Shown here: positions 50,711 through 64,000 of the stretch, piece after piece
Numbering within the stretch: the first letter of the stretch is position 1
Layout: each line of letters starts with the position of its first letter
DNA from: Octopus bimaculoides
Lineage: Eukaryota
Length of the DNA: 64,000 bases
Assembly (NCBI RefSeq): GCF_001194135.2
Contig: NC_068981.1
Coordinates: 99,881,214 to 99,945,213, forward strand
Reading direction: 5' to 3'
Translations under genes and position numbers: made by a program
The notes under the pieces: generated by a model
What the model was told of the DNA's origin: nothing
The model's database searches: none
Seen by the model: the letters and a program-made list of their open reading frames with translations, nothing else

Positions 50711-53074
50711 CCGTAAGGAATGGGAAAATGAGTACATCGAAGCAAAGCTCAAGTGTGAGCAGGTTTTTTAGTATTAATGCTTTTACCTTTATACAGAGCC
50801 TACTAGCTGTGATAGAGTAAGGCTTGCACATTTCAATTAATTTCAATCTGAACCTGTAGCTTTCTTTTCAAAGGTCATATATACTTCACTAGTGTTATGA
50901 TATTCTGCTACTTGTCATTTCTAAATGAGAAGGTTTGGTTATATAATCATTACTTGAATGAGTTTTCTATCATTCCAATGAAGCATTTCAGTCATGATGC
51001 TCTTCTCTGACAAAACTATGTCTTTGTTTAAAGTAAAAAATAGCTCATATGAATAGGTACTGAGAAATAACAAATGCAAAATTTAGTTGTCATTTAATGC
51101 AGCATGGTAATTTTTTTAGTAGATATTTGAAACAGAATTAGCAAGATGATAGTATGTTTTTATGTTATTTATATCATATATTTTTTTGTTTATCAGAACT
51201 GACAAAAAGATTTTGTGTTTTTGTTAACGTTATTGATTTTTGCCAATAATTCTTTTTTGAAAACTTTTGGTTTTATCATTAAAAGCATTTCATCCTCAAA
51301 TTGCTGCAGCACAATGTTAGATGAGGCATTTGTGTGTTTTAAACCATATTTACTTGTTGTTAATGTTCATTGAATGAACTTTTTTTCCCATAAAAGTTAT
51401 GTTTTCCACCTTAAAGACTTAACAAAATAGTCCATCATCTGGATAAAAAATTAACATAGAGGTATATTTTTGAAATAAAGGTCATAAATTAAAGTTACAT
51501 TTCTGATTTCAGTGTGTGTGTGTGTATGTGTGTGTACATATGTATTTATGTATTCATTCATGTATAATCATATATATATACATATATATGTATGTATGTA
51601 TGTATGTGTGTGTGTGTCTGTGTTATAGATAAAAATTACAAGCACCTAATTCAAGATGATATAATACAAAATCTTAGTTATTGGTTAGCATAATTCTTAG
51701 ATAAAGATTTCAGAAACCCACTTTACTATTACACTACTATATGAATGAGAAAAACAATCCTCCAATCTAAGCTTAATCTACCTAACTCTTACAAAAACTG
51801 CTGTTTATCAAGCATATGCTCTGTATTTTGGAAAATAAGCACAAGACTTAATAAGGTAAGTGAAAAACAACAATCTGAAATTACAACCATTCTAAATTTA
51901 AACAATATTGTGACTCTGTTCAAGCTACTTTTGAAGGTCTTTTATGTAACAAAACAGTAAAAATACAGAATAAGGCAAGATCTCTGACTATTTATCGATC
52001 AAATATCAGGTTAATATCACTATCTGTTCATAGCAATTGGTATTATCTTGCTCAGGTCGGAATTTCATACATAATACCCAGCTTAATTCCCAATAGTGGA
52101 AATCAGAAATCCCCAAGTTAAAATTTGGTCAAACTAAAAATAAATCATTCACAATAAAGACAGGTTGTCAGAACAGAATTAAGCTAAAAATGTTTGCTCA
52201 TAGACAAAACTGCTTCAGGTGTTGTTTTTAGTATTTTTTTCTGATTTTTCTACCATGTAGCTTACCATGGCCTGATAGTTCTAGAGAGGAAACATGACAG
52301 TATAATCATGATGAATATTTCAAATTTTAGAAGATTCTGGTAAAAAAGAATGGAAATTCAAACACATGTTCAAAGGATGATTTAGAGTTGAATGAAGATG
52401 AAATATTTCAAAGGGAAAGTAATAAAGATATGTCTTAAACAAGGAAGCATAGTTCTCAATCAGTTGACAGAAACAATGATGCACTATTAGTATTCAATAG
52501 ATTGCCAGTTCTAATATCCTTGATTTTTAAGTGATTCTGTTTCTAGTTTTGCAGTGAAACCTTTTTTTTTATTTAACAGTCTATTTATGTGTTACAGGTA
52601 TGGCAGTCAGGTACAAAAACTAGTTATCTCTGTTGTATTCAACGTTAACAACAATTTCCAATATGCCAATCAGTGCGTCACTGAATTTCTAACAATGGGA
52701 ATGACAAGTGAAAGTCATCCCTTTTCCATTTACTCTGACATTTATATCTTATAACAATATACATCACTACAATAATATCCATAAATGTATCCACTCATAC
52801 GGTATTGGCCAACTAGAGGCTATTGTATGATGCAATGGGACAGAGCTCTGAACCATGTCGATAAAGAACAAACTTTTTAACCACACAACCAAGCCTACAC
52901 CTACAAATGAGGAAAGACTTATTAGTTAGTATGCATATCTTTAAAGTGACAATATAATCTAAACTAGAATGCTTTTGAACACAGGTCTGCTCAATCAGGG
53001 TTGGCCTAGAACTAACAAAACAGCAACAACTGTATTTCTAGGAGACTAGAATAGATTAAGGAACCATATATATA

Positions 53075-53670
53075 TCATCATCGTTTAATGTCCGCTTTCC
53101 ATGCTAGCATGGGTTGGACGATTTGACTGAGGACTGGTGGACCAGGTGGCTACACCAGACTCCAATCTGATTTGGCAGAGTTTCTACAGCTGGATGCCCT
53201 TCCTAACACCAACCACTCCGAGAGTGGAGTGGGTGCTGTTACGTGCCACCGGCACGAAGGCCAGTCAGGCGGTACTGGCAACGGCCACGCTTGAAATGGT
53301 GTATTTTATGTGCCACCTGCATAGGAGCCAGTCCAGCGGTACTAGCAACGATCTCGCTCAAATGTTTTTTCACGTGCCACTGGCACAAGTGCAAGGAAGG
53401 TGACGTTGTAACAATCACACTCAAATGGTGCTATTTATGTGCCACCAGCATGGAAGCCAGACAGCTGGTGCTCTGGCAACGATCACGCTCGGACGGTACT
53501 CTTAATGCTCCACTGGTACAGGTGCCATCACTATTTTGCTTTCACTTGCCCCAACAGGTCTTTGCAAGCCAAGTTTAGTGTTCAATGAAAGAGACGTTGG
53601 CATGGGTGCCAGTCTACAAATTTAGTTCAATTTCGATTCCGATTTCACTTGCCTCAACAGGTCTTCGCAT
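53075..53670 (-). mobile_element. RTE 3' UTR and tail with tandem ~60-bp units
   Basis: catcatcatcgtttaatgtccgctttccatgctagc..; homologous to 17230-17842. Confidence 0.8.
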
Positions 53671-54669
53671 ATCTGATGTAATCTAGAACAGTTTTACATC
53701 TACCAAATTTTAATGAAACAAAACATTGAAAAACTCTTGCATAAGATGGTGCACAATAATATTGAACTCAAGTCCACATGGTTACATAGCAAGCTTATTA
53801 ATTATAGTAATCTAAATGCATCTTAAACTTATTTTGCAAACAACGCATATGATAAATTCCTTAACATGTTTTGATTGACATTGTAACTAAAGCAGCTTTA
53901 ATTTATAGGTGAACATAAATTCAACTGACAATCATGAATGATAAAAGGAATAGTTATATTATAAATATATTTAAGCTTCTTAATTTAACTGTTAACAAAT
54001 TTATCATTTAATATTTTGAAGTTCAAATGTTAAAGTAATATAACTGACAGAATTAAGAAAATATGCCAAAGAAAAAGTACTATACTGAGAAACTAAACAA
54101 ACATAATAAACAACTCTGAAACATTAAAAATAAAGTTGAAAATATCTTCCTGACTAATTCCTCATTAATGGAAAGCTGTACATTTGTTCAACTAAAGTAG
54201 CTGCAGATTTCAACTCTTTCTTTGTAAACATTGGGAAAAATTACATTGAGAAAGTTTCACAATTTCAAAAAACTTTTAGCCAATGCTTTAAAAAGGATTA
54301 TGACAATCTTTATGATGCCAATAAATGCAAATGTCATACATACTGCTACTTTTAGTTTGCAGCTGAAAATCTCCAAGGTATATAATGAAGTATGGTTAAT
54401 TCTAATCAAGCATAGCTCAGACTTTATAGTTCAGCCCCTTACTCACATTTCAACAGATTCCTGGAGCCAGGTGTTTTCCAATCGAAATAAAAATATGCAA
54501 ACATTACTCCTACTTTCAAATGTGAAGATTACTGGGACTTAAACAACTGTCCAAACAGCAAACTACCAATGGTTTAAAAAGCTCTAAATTCTTGAATCAC
54601 TATCCTCTTTGCTGATGTACACTCTTCTGTCAAAATAATTTTAAACTTCAAATGTACTCTTCCTCCACA

Positions 54670-54860
54670 TCATCATCATCATTAAACATCTATTTTCCAT
54701 GCTGGCATGGGTTGGATGATTTGACAGGATCCAGTGAGCCACAGGACTGTATTATGCATCATTTCAGCTTTGGCATGGGTTCTATGGCTAGATGCCCATC
54801 CTAATGCCAACCACTTTACAGTGTGTATTGGGTGCCTTTTTTCATGCCACCAGCAACTAG
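54670..54860 (-). mobile_element. RTE 3'-tail fragment
   Basis: catcatcatcatcattaaacatctattttccatgctggcatggg. Confidence 0.7.
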
Positions 54861-57694
54861 TGGAAGTTGCCAAGTAACTTGTAAGAGAGGGAAGAACAAG
54901 AAAAGGAAAAAATGAGAAAAGGAAAGGACCTTTTGATGAGGTGGTGGTGGTATTTGACAGGGTGAAAGGGTGATTTTTATGTTAGGGACAAGCAGAGGTA
55001 TCTTTCTATAAAGATACATGGCTACCCCACATTTATATAAGAGTAGGTGGAAATATCTAGGAAAAAGGTAAGGAGATAATGATAGGGTGTCAGAACAAAA
55101 CACTCAAGAAGTAATTGTAAAACTTTTCCAAACATATCAAACATACTTCATTCAAATAAACTAACCTTAAATACACCCCTCAACACACTCACACACACAC
55201 TAATCCAATAATGTTACCTGAACAAAAAGAAGTAGTATCATTGATGTTACTGCTCACACATGAAATATTATACAAAGTTAAAAGGAATATCAGAAAAGGT
55301 GTGTTATTTCCCATCTTTGGTGATAAAATTGAGTGAACTCAATATGTTAATTTACTCAACCTAAGAATCTCAAAAGCTATCTTTGTTCTGAAAAGATGCA
55401 AATATTTTACCAAATAATGCACTAATCCCTTCATTTTATTTTTATTTTATTTATTTATTTTTTTTTGTGAAACCACATGCAGCTTTTGGTATTGTAGTTT
55501 GGGAATAATTTATGCAAAACAGCTCTAATCAACACACATAGACAGAAAAATCTGAAAATAACAGTAAGAGAGCATGCGCACAATTTATTTATGAATAAAC
55601 AGAGGTATGGTTGTGCACATCAGAAGTTTGCATTGTAACTACATGTTTTGGGGTTCAATTCCACTGCAGGGTACCTTGGACAAGTGTTGTTTAATATAGC
55701 CTCAGATTAACTAATATTTTATGAGTAAACTTTGGTACATGGAATCTGTATGAAAAGATCTCATGTTTGAGTGAGTGTTTACCCTCACAGGTCCTCTCAC
55801 TGACACATATGGGTACTGGTAATATTTGTCATGCATAAACAATACATCTGGCAGCTCAGATGTATTCTATGAAGTATCCCATTTTCATACTGGCAGGGGC
55901 TGCACAGCTTGACATGAACTGGCAAGGCCAGGGGCTGCACCAGGTTCCATAGTCTGTTTCAGCCTGGTTTCTACAGCTGAATACCCTTCCTAATGCCAAC
56001 CAGTTTATAGAGTGTATTGGATACTTTTTATGTGTCACCATCACCAGTGTTTTTTATATGTCACCATCACCGGTGCTTTTTATGTGATACCAAGCATTGT
56101 AAATATGATGGACTGGTTTAGAAATGGTATATAGCTGTTAAGATATTTTAATCATTAAAAAAATAGTAATTCCTTTTCAGAGAGAAGGAAAAATAAATTT
56201 TGAAAAATGGATAAACTGCTTAATGTTATGCTTTGCTACTTTTCTTGTTTAGCAGTGGACTACTGAAAAATTTTACATGCTGCAACAATATACTGGCTAC
56301 TCATAAAGTCATGTGACACTCCCACTCTTACTTCTGTCATTGGGTGTGAGGCAGGGACCACATAGAAACATTTTAGAATCCTGGAATGTCTACAAACATT
56401 CTAAAGTGTGGTGTTTTATAATTTATAAAATATATTGTGTAATTTTCACTAACTCTATAGAATCCTTGAATGTCTGCAAAAATCCAAGTTTATATCTGTA
56501 CATTACTGTATGTGTGTGTGTGTGGTAGTGATGGTGGTGGTTTAAGAAATAAGGATTTAGGAAATCTAGACAAATACCTAGTCAGCACTCCATACAAGAT
56601 CTTGGATTACAGAATGTACAGGTATGAAAATCAGAAAAAAAAGTTTATTAATCCAAATAACATTCCATACAAACTAGAAATCCTGGGAAGAATACTGATT
56701 ATGAGATTGGTACAGTAATATACAGTATAAAAAGGAATGAAAATGTTGGCAATTATTTCAATAATCTGTAGAATTTTGACATCAATCAACATGATGAGTT
56801 ATGCATACAACTTATATTATTCTATACAATATTGAACAAAAGTTCTACTAATCATTTCTTCAGACAAAGTTACAAAGGTAATGCTCATAATTTGTATGTA
56901 TAACCCTTCACTGATTGATGTAAAAATTCTATTGGTTATTGAAATGACCATTATTGAATAAAGAATGTAAGACAGTCAAGACTATTGATAAGGTTGCAAG
57001 ACGCAACAAAAATTTTAAGAAAATAAAAAGAAAAATAAGTGGAAATTTTACCGGTGAGTGTGTTAAATTTTAAAGCACAATAACAAAATGACTCTCCCCA
57101 GACACAACAGAATATGCTTGCTTCAACACACGAAATCACATAAAAAATCTTGCAAACCAAATCCAAATACGGAATGTAATACTGTTATCTTTATACCTTT
57201 GTTTACTAGATACACACACACACATATATGGCATATCTCCAGTTTGGTGACCTTCTGAATATGTTTCCCTATAACTTTCCTAAAAATACATATCTTTTAA
57301 ATGAAATTTTGCAGAAATACCTTGCAATATGTTGATAAAATTAATCTTTTAGTTATTTATTTTTTTTTTGGACAAGTTTCACATCAATCTCCCATTCCCA
57401 ATATACTTTCTTTAAAATTCTTAAAAAAGTGCATATTTTTATTATGTTGATGTTTCAAAAATATATATCTGAAAGAAAAGTAAAAAATTCTTAAAATTTC
57501 AGGAGTCAGTTGTAAAAAAAGTGTGGAATTGGGGAGAGAGTGGTCCAAAATCTTCCCCCAAAATCCTTTTCTTAAATTTTATCAATACCACTGCAAACTA
57601 TTCCACAGAAAAATAGTACTTTTCAAAAAGATATAAGAATCAGAATAGGTGGTATAATACCAAACTGGAATCATGCTTCTCTCTTTCTTTATCT

Positions 57695-57701
57695 ATCTAT
57701 C

Positions 57702-57747
<46 letters not shown>

Positions 57748-57856
57748 TATATATAAATACACATATATATATATATATACACATACACACACACATATAT
57801 ATATATACATACACACACACATATATATGTATACATATATATATATAAATATACAT

Positions 57857-57952
<96 letters not shown>

Positions 57953-57980
57953 ATATATATATACACACACATATATATAT
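57695..57980. repeat. Long compound (TA)n/(CA)n microsatellite
   Basis: Directly visible. Confidence 0.95.
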
Positions 57981-58318
57981 GTGAAAGTGCGTGGCTCAGT
58001 GGTTAGAGTGTTGAGCTTATGATGGTGAGGTTGTGAGTTTGATTCCCGGACTGGGCTGTGTGTTGTATTCTTGAGCAAGACACTTTATTTCACGTTGCTC
58101 CAGTTAACTTAGCTGTAGAAATGAGTTGCGACATCACTGGTGCCAAGCTGTACTGGCCTTTGCCTTTCCCTTGGATAACATCAGTGGTGTGGAGAGGGGA
58201 GAGGCTGGTATGCATGGGCGACTGCTGGCCTTCCACAAACAACCTTGCTTGGACTTGTGCCTCGGAGGGTAACTTTCTAGGTGGAATTCCATGATCATTC
58301 ATGACCGAAGGGGGTCTC
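57981..58318 (+). mobile_element. tRNA-derived SINE family C (CORE-like)
   Basis: gtggctcagtggttagagtg..gagtttgattcccgg (A and B boxes), then cttgagcaagacacttta. A second, truncated copy lies at 60578-60806. Confidence 0.8.
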
Positions 58319-58333
58319 CTCTCTCTCTCTTTC

Positions 58334-58364
<31 letters not shown>

Positions 58365-59672
58365 TGAAGGAGAGAGAGAGGGGTGGGCAGTGAGTGTGTA
58401 TGTATACATGAACTTCCATAATGAGAAATACAAAATTCACATAGAGAATTATATTTTCATTTTTTTCACTTTTTGAATATAAACTTATAAAGTGAAAATA
58501 TATTTTCCCAGTTATGTGTACAAGTTCTTATACACACTATATGCATATATGTTTAGATTAAAAAAAAATTGTTGGTCTGTCTCATACACACACAAACTCA
58601 TCTTTCATTTCACACATATATGTATTTATCCACCATAAGTAGTCATTTATGCCTCTACTTCCCCCATGCCTGTGATTTTTCTCCCTCATATTGCATGTAT
58701 CATTCTTTTACTCATTGTCTCTCACCAAGCATTCATGCACCCTATATCTTCTCTCTCTCTCCCTCTCTCTCTCTCTGTATCTATTCTTTATTCTTCTTTT
58801 CCCTCTATCTATATCATGTATAGTGTGACCAGATAAATCATTCAACCAACCAACATTATATATATTGGCTATTATTATATAGAGATATTAAGAAAAATTT
58901 TATTCATGTAAAAATATGCATCTCTAGCAACAACAAAAAAAATGAAAATGAAAAGAAGTATATGAAGAATAGAAAGAAAAAATAAATAAAATGTTTGAAT
59001 GACGCAGCAACTATGCACAACTGCATGTGCTTATACATACACAACATGCATACATATATACACACATACATATGTATAGATGCATGCTTACATGTTTTAT
59101 AGCTTAATCATTCTGCCATTTTAGTTCAGTTTTGTATTTTCCTACTAATACCAGTTTTTTTTTTACATCTTTCCTTTTCTCTTATTTGTTGTTGCTGCTG
59201 GAGACACACATTCTTACATTAATATAATTTTTCATGATTATAACTTTTCTAAATTTTTCTTACAATTTTTTTCATAAAAACTGCCTACTTTGTCCTATCA
59301 TACATAATGCCCATAACTAGAATATTTGTCATAGATACTGAGCTTTATAATAAAGCCTTTAGTTGCATGATCAGCAAAGAAGTACAGAAGTCAGACTAGC
59401 AACAGAGAGTAATCTCAGCATGATAATAAATAACTCCACTTTGTTTAGTATTGAATATATTTCCTCCTCACAATTCAAATCTATAATATCATCGTCGTCG
59501 TCTGCTTTCCATACTGGCATGGGCTAGATGAGCTGTTCCAGTCTGAGCTGACTGCCACTTGAAATTACTGACACCTTAAATTGGTTAGAGGACCATATTT
59601 TGATTGCATGTTCTGTTTTGTCATGGTTTCTACGGTCAGATGTTTTTTTCTAACATCAACCACTTTACAGAG

Positions 59673-59715
<43 letters not shown>

Positions 59716-59716
<1 letters not shown>

Positions 59717-60567
59717 TAGGTGCGGTGAATATATTGTCATCTAAATTATGCAAAAATAAAAATAATATTGACATCTCATTTAACAGATATATTTACCAAA
59801 ATTACATAAAAATATCTTGAAAATACTAAAGAGTAAATTTATTCAATAAAATCGCCATTGGCTTCAACCACGGCCTCCAGACAACTTTGCAATCTCCTGC
59901 AACTCTTCTGGATGGTCTCCTTGTTTAAGTTGGTGAATGCTGCCATAATCCTTGCCTTCATTTCATCTTTGTGCCCCACACATAATAATCAAGGGGGTTG
60001 CAGTCTGGGGAGTTAGGTGACCAGATGTTAGGGGTGATGTGGTTGCAAAAATTGTCTGACAGCCATGACTGGGTTCTGCTGCTTGTGTTGCATGGTGCAG
60101 AATCCTGTTGCCAGGCATAGGGTCTTCTAGCAGCCACCCTCTTGATCCAGGGCAGCACTACCTTCTCCAGGCACTTGATGTAGGCCTCCATGTCGAGTCT
60201 GAGACCATGTGGAAAGATGAATGGAAGCATAACGTTGCCATCACTAGTGATCGCTCCAAACACCATAATGTTGACTGGATGTTTGATATTTATCACTCTC
60301 GGTACATGTCCTCAAATTGCACAGTTCTCAGTTTGACACCCAAACACAGTGAAATGTTTGCATTGGAGCTTCCAGCAAGAATGCCAAGCAGTACAGCATG
60401 GGGTTTCCTAATTTCTGGCAGAGTGAATTGCATCATGATGCTGTTTTTCTCCCAGATGGTGCCCAACTGATCATAGTATACAGTGTCGTCAACAAAAGGA
60501 AAATGAAACAATGTGCATATGTGAAAGTAAAAATATAAAATAGCAACAATTTACCCATTGCACCCTG
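59716..60567 (-). mobile_element. Internally deleted Tc1/mariner DD37D (maT) transposon
   Basis: KHPVNIMVFGAITSDG..QQD-(37 residues)-D in WSPNSPDCNPLDYYVW. Imperfect TIRs ctaggtgcggtg / cattgcaccctg. TA flanks, with a (TA)n tract on the left. Confidence 0.85.
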
Positions 60568-60577
60568 TATATGTATG

Positions 60578-60806
60578 TGAAGGCAGATTGCTTAGTAGTT
60601 AGAACATCGGGCTCACAATCATGAGGTGGTGGGTTTGATTCCTAGACAGGCTGTGTATTTTGTTCTTGAGCAAGACACTTTATTTCATGTTGCTCAGTTC
60701 ACTCAGCTGTGGAAATATGTTGCAACATCACTGGTGCCAAACTGTATTAGCCTTTGCTTTTACCTTGGATAACATCAGTGGCATGGGAAGGGGAGGCTGG
60801 TATGCA
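60578..60806 (+). mobile_element. SINE family C, truncated by a SINE-A insertion
   Basis: Homologous to 57981-58215. Confidence 0.75.
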
Positions 60807-60819
60807 TACCTATATATAT

Positions 60820-61200
60820 TATCTTTTATTTGTTTCAGGCATTGGATTGCTGTCATAGCAGGGCACCGCATTGAAGGGTTTAGTCAAACAAATTTACTCT
60901 AGTACTTATTTTCAAGCCTGGTACTTATTCTATCGCTCTCTTTTGCCGTACAGTTAAGTTACAGGAATGTAAACTAACCGATACTAGTTGTCAAGCGGTG
61001 AGGGTGGACAGACACAAATATACACAGATATATATACATATTCAACAGACTTCTTTCAGTTTCCGTCTACCAAATTCACTCACAAGGCTTTGGTCGACCT
61101 GAGGCTATAGTAGAAGACACTTGCCCAAGATGCCACGCAGTGGGACTGAACCCGGAACCATGTGGTTGGTAAGCAAGCTACTTACCAAACAGCCACTCCT
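60820..61200 (-). mobile_element. Full-length SINE family A
   Basis: Reverse complement of the family consensus. Confidence 0.85.
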
Positions 61201-61421
61201 ACGCCTCATGTATATATGTCTTAGTATTTCCATTTTCCCCCAGCCACTACTTGACAACCAGTGTTTGTTTACTTTATTGTCACTTAGCACTTCGACACAA
61301 CTAATCTAATTGAATAAGTATCAGATTTCAAAATACAGGAGGAGGGGAGCGATTTTTTCCAACAAAACCCATGAAGGTGGTACTTCAGCACAACTGAGGC
61401 TCAATGACTGAAACAAGTAAA

Positions 61422-61769
61422 NNNNNNNNNNNNNNNNNNNNNNNNNNNNNNNNNNNNNNNNNNNNNNNNNNNNNNNNNNNNNNNNNNNNNNNNNNNNNNN
61501 NNNNNNNNNNNNNNNNNNNNNNNNNNNNNNNNNNNNNNNNNNNNNNNNNNNNNNNNNNNNNNNNNNNNNNNNNNNNNNNNNNNNNNNNNNNNNNNNNNNN
61601 NNNNNNNNNNNNNNNNNNNNNNNNNNNNNNNNNNNNNNNNNNNNNNNNNNNNNNNNNNNNNNNNNNNNNNNNNNNNNNNNNNNNNNNNNNNNNNNNNNNN
61701 NNNNNNNNNNNNNNNNNNNNNNNNNNNNNNNNNNNNNNNNNNNNNNNNNNNNNNNNNNNNNNNNNNNNN
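61422..61769. other. Assembly gap (others at 16657-16666, 24516-24604, 43811-43820, 62723-62732)
   Basis: Runs of N. Confidence 1.
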
Positions 61770-61800
<31 letters not shown>

Positions 61801-62099
61801 TGTATATGTGTGTGAATTTTGTGGTAAGGTCTCAACAAGTGGAGTAGCACTTGATCAGCTAAGAGAGTAAAGATAGTGTTACAATAAAGACTACAAGTCT
61901 AGGGAAATATAGCTACCTGAGGTTTCTTGGCTAAAACGTTAAATTATTTCACCATTTGTCAAGCTGAGAACAAGATTGTTTGTCAGTTGCTTTTTAAACA
62001 GATAACATTTGAACAAGGAATGCTCATAAGGAAAAAGTCAAAAAAATATATATATATATATAACCAATGTTACAATAAACAAATGTAAGATTTTGAAGT

Positions 62100-62560
62100 A
62101 CAATAAGATGTAAACAAGATGTTAACGTGTCTGGTGACCTATTTTAAAATTCTGTCAAGATGTGTTTCTTCAAATGCAGACATAACCTTGATCCTCCTCC
62201 CATCAATTTTAAGACATATATAAATAAGCAACCGACAACTCAGGCCTGCCGTCGATGCACGTGTAGAGACACATGACTAAATATCCTCTAGGACAGAAAT
62301 TTGATATCTCCTCTATTGTTTATGAAGCACAGGTATCAGAGAACTATGACAATAGCTGAATAGAAATCATGTGTTATATCAGAGCAGTGGTTGGAAAATT
62401 TAAATCCAGATATAACAATCATCTTGTGGCTTCTAAGCACCATGATGAGAGACATTCTGGAAGCTTAAAGATGAAGGGACCAACTATGACATCAAATAGA
62501 AAATCCTTCCCAATAAATATATCTCTGAAAGAACTTGAGAAACTAAGTAAATTCCAGGAA
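62100..62560 (+). mobile_element. Second decayed Penelope-like GIY-YIG remnant
   Basis: C.C.....SSIVYEAQV....CYI....KFKSRYNNH....HIWKLKDEGTNYDIK. Confidence 0.6.
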
Positions 62561-62662
62561 CGAGAATTTTTCTTTATGTTTGCATTTTAAGAAATATATC
62601 TTGGCAGAATATAAAAATAAGCCACTGGACACATCATAAACTATTAACATCTTGCTTATAAC

Positions 62663-62722
<60 letters not shown>

Positions 62723-62844
62723 NNNNNNNNNNTATATATATATATATATATATATATATGCATATATATATATGTATATATATATGAGTATATATATATA
62801 CATATATGTATATATATGTATACGTATACATATATATATATCTT

Positions 62845-64000
62845 CATCATCATCATCATTTAACGTCTGTTTTCCATGCTGGCATAGGTTGAACAGTTTG
62901 ACTGGAGACTGGCATGCCAGGAAGTTGCACCAGGCTCCAATCTGATCTGGCAATGTTTCTACAGCTGGAAACCCTTCCTAACACCAACCACTCCGAGAGT
63001 GTAGTGGGTGCTTTTCATCTACCACTGCCATGGGAACCAGTCAGGCGGCACTGGTATCGACCAAGTTCAGATGGTGCCTTTTACATGTCACCAGCACAGG
63101 AGCCAGTGGGGGCAGGGTAGCTGGCATCGACCGCATTTGGATAGTGCTTTTTGTGTGCCACCAGCACGGGGAGCCATCCAGGTGACTCTGGCAATGACTC
63201 ACGCATGAATGGTGCTTATTGCATGCCACCAGCACTGGTATTGGCCACAACTACAATTTCCATTTGATTGTGATTTGATTTGATTTTGATTTACTTGACT
63301 CAATAGGTCTCCTCAAGCATGGAATGTTGCATGACAATTCAAAGGTACTTTTTAAATGGGCTAGTTATATGACATTGGTGTAGATTATGGCTGTGATCTC
63401 ACTTTCCTTGCCAGGTCTTCTCAATCACAGCATACCTCCAGAAGTCTCAGTCTTTCGTCATTACCTCTGTGAGGCTCAACTTTCGTAGGTCATGCTTCAC
63501 CACCTCATTCCATGTCTTGCTGGGTCTCCCTCTTCCATGGGTTCATTCCACTGTTAGGGAGTGACACTTCTTCACACAGCTCTCCTCATCCATACAGAGC
63601 ACATGACCATACCAGTGCAGTCATCTCTCTTGCACACTACATCTGATGCTTCTTATGTCCCACATTTCTCTCAGGGCGCTTCCACTCTGTTCTGTGTGCA
63701 CACTGACATTACACATCCAGCGGATCATACTAGCTTCATTTCTTTCCAGCCAATGCATGTCTTGAGCTGTCATGGCCCATGTTTCACTGCCGTGTAGCAT
63801 GGCGGTTCGCACACATGTATCATACAATCTACCTTTCACTCTGAGGGAGAGGCCCTTTGTCACCAGTAGAGCTAGGAGCTCTCTGAACTTTGCTTAGATT
63901 ATTCTTATTCTATTGGCGACGATCTCTGAGAATCCACCCCCAATATGGACTTGTTCACCTAGGTAGTGGAAGCTGTCATATACTTCTAGTTTTTCCCCCT
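62845..64000 (-). mobile_element. RTE LINE 3' portion, running off the window end
   Basis: TKGLSLRVKGRLYDTCVRTAMLHGSETWA..; same family as 15768-17842; 3' UTR repeats and (GAT)n tail. Confidence 0.9.

Noticed and set aside
3801-63000. Numerous ORF-track entries rich in HT, VC, YI, ER or SL dipeptides
   Set aside because: These are translations of (CA), (TG), (TA) and (GA) microsatellites or of SINE interiors, not genes.

Overview
AT-rich, repeat-dense eukaryotic genomic DNA with five N-gaps. The SINE families, RTE LINEs and (TA)/(CA) microsatellite load suggest an octopus or related coleoid cephalopod (inference from recognition, not a search). Most of the window appears to be intronic sequence of an unidentified minus-strand gene. 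Two phase-compatible coding exons are supportable (9308-9089 and 4573-4469), and several others are weak candidates. The rest is transposon-derived: three or more tRNA-derived SINE families, RTE LINE pieces, Penelope GIY-YIG remnants, a DD37D (maT) and a mariner-type relic, piggyBac-like and hAT-like MITEs, a Helitron-like end, and two tRNA-Glu(TTC) pseudogenes each fused to a SINE. The most striking observation is a cluster of three unrelated hammerhead-ribozyme-like elements within about 3.8 kb (11.67-15.40 kb): a 111-nt near-perfect hairpin, an inverted terminally redundant array of ~320-335 bp units that resembles a retrozyme, and a nearly intact type I hammerhead motif. A locally templated RTE insertion into a MITE lies in the same interval. 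All folds and alignments were done by eye, and most ORF-track entries are microsatellite or chance ORFs.
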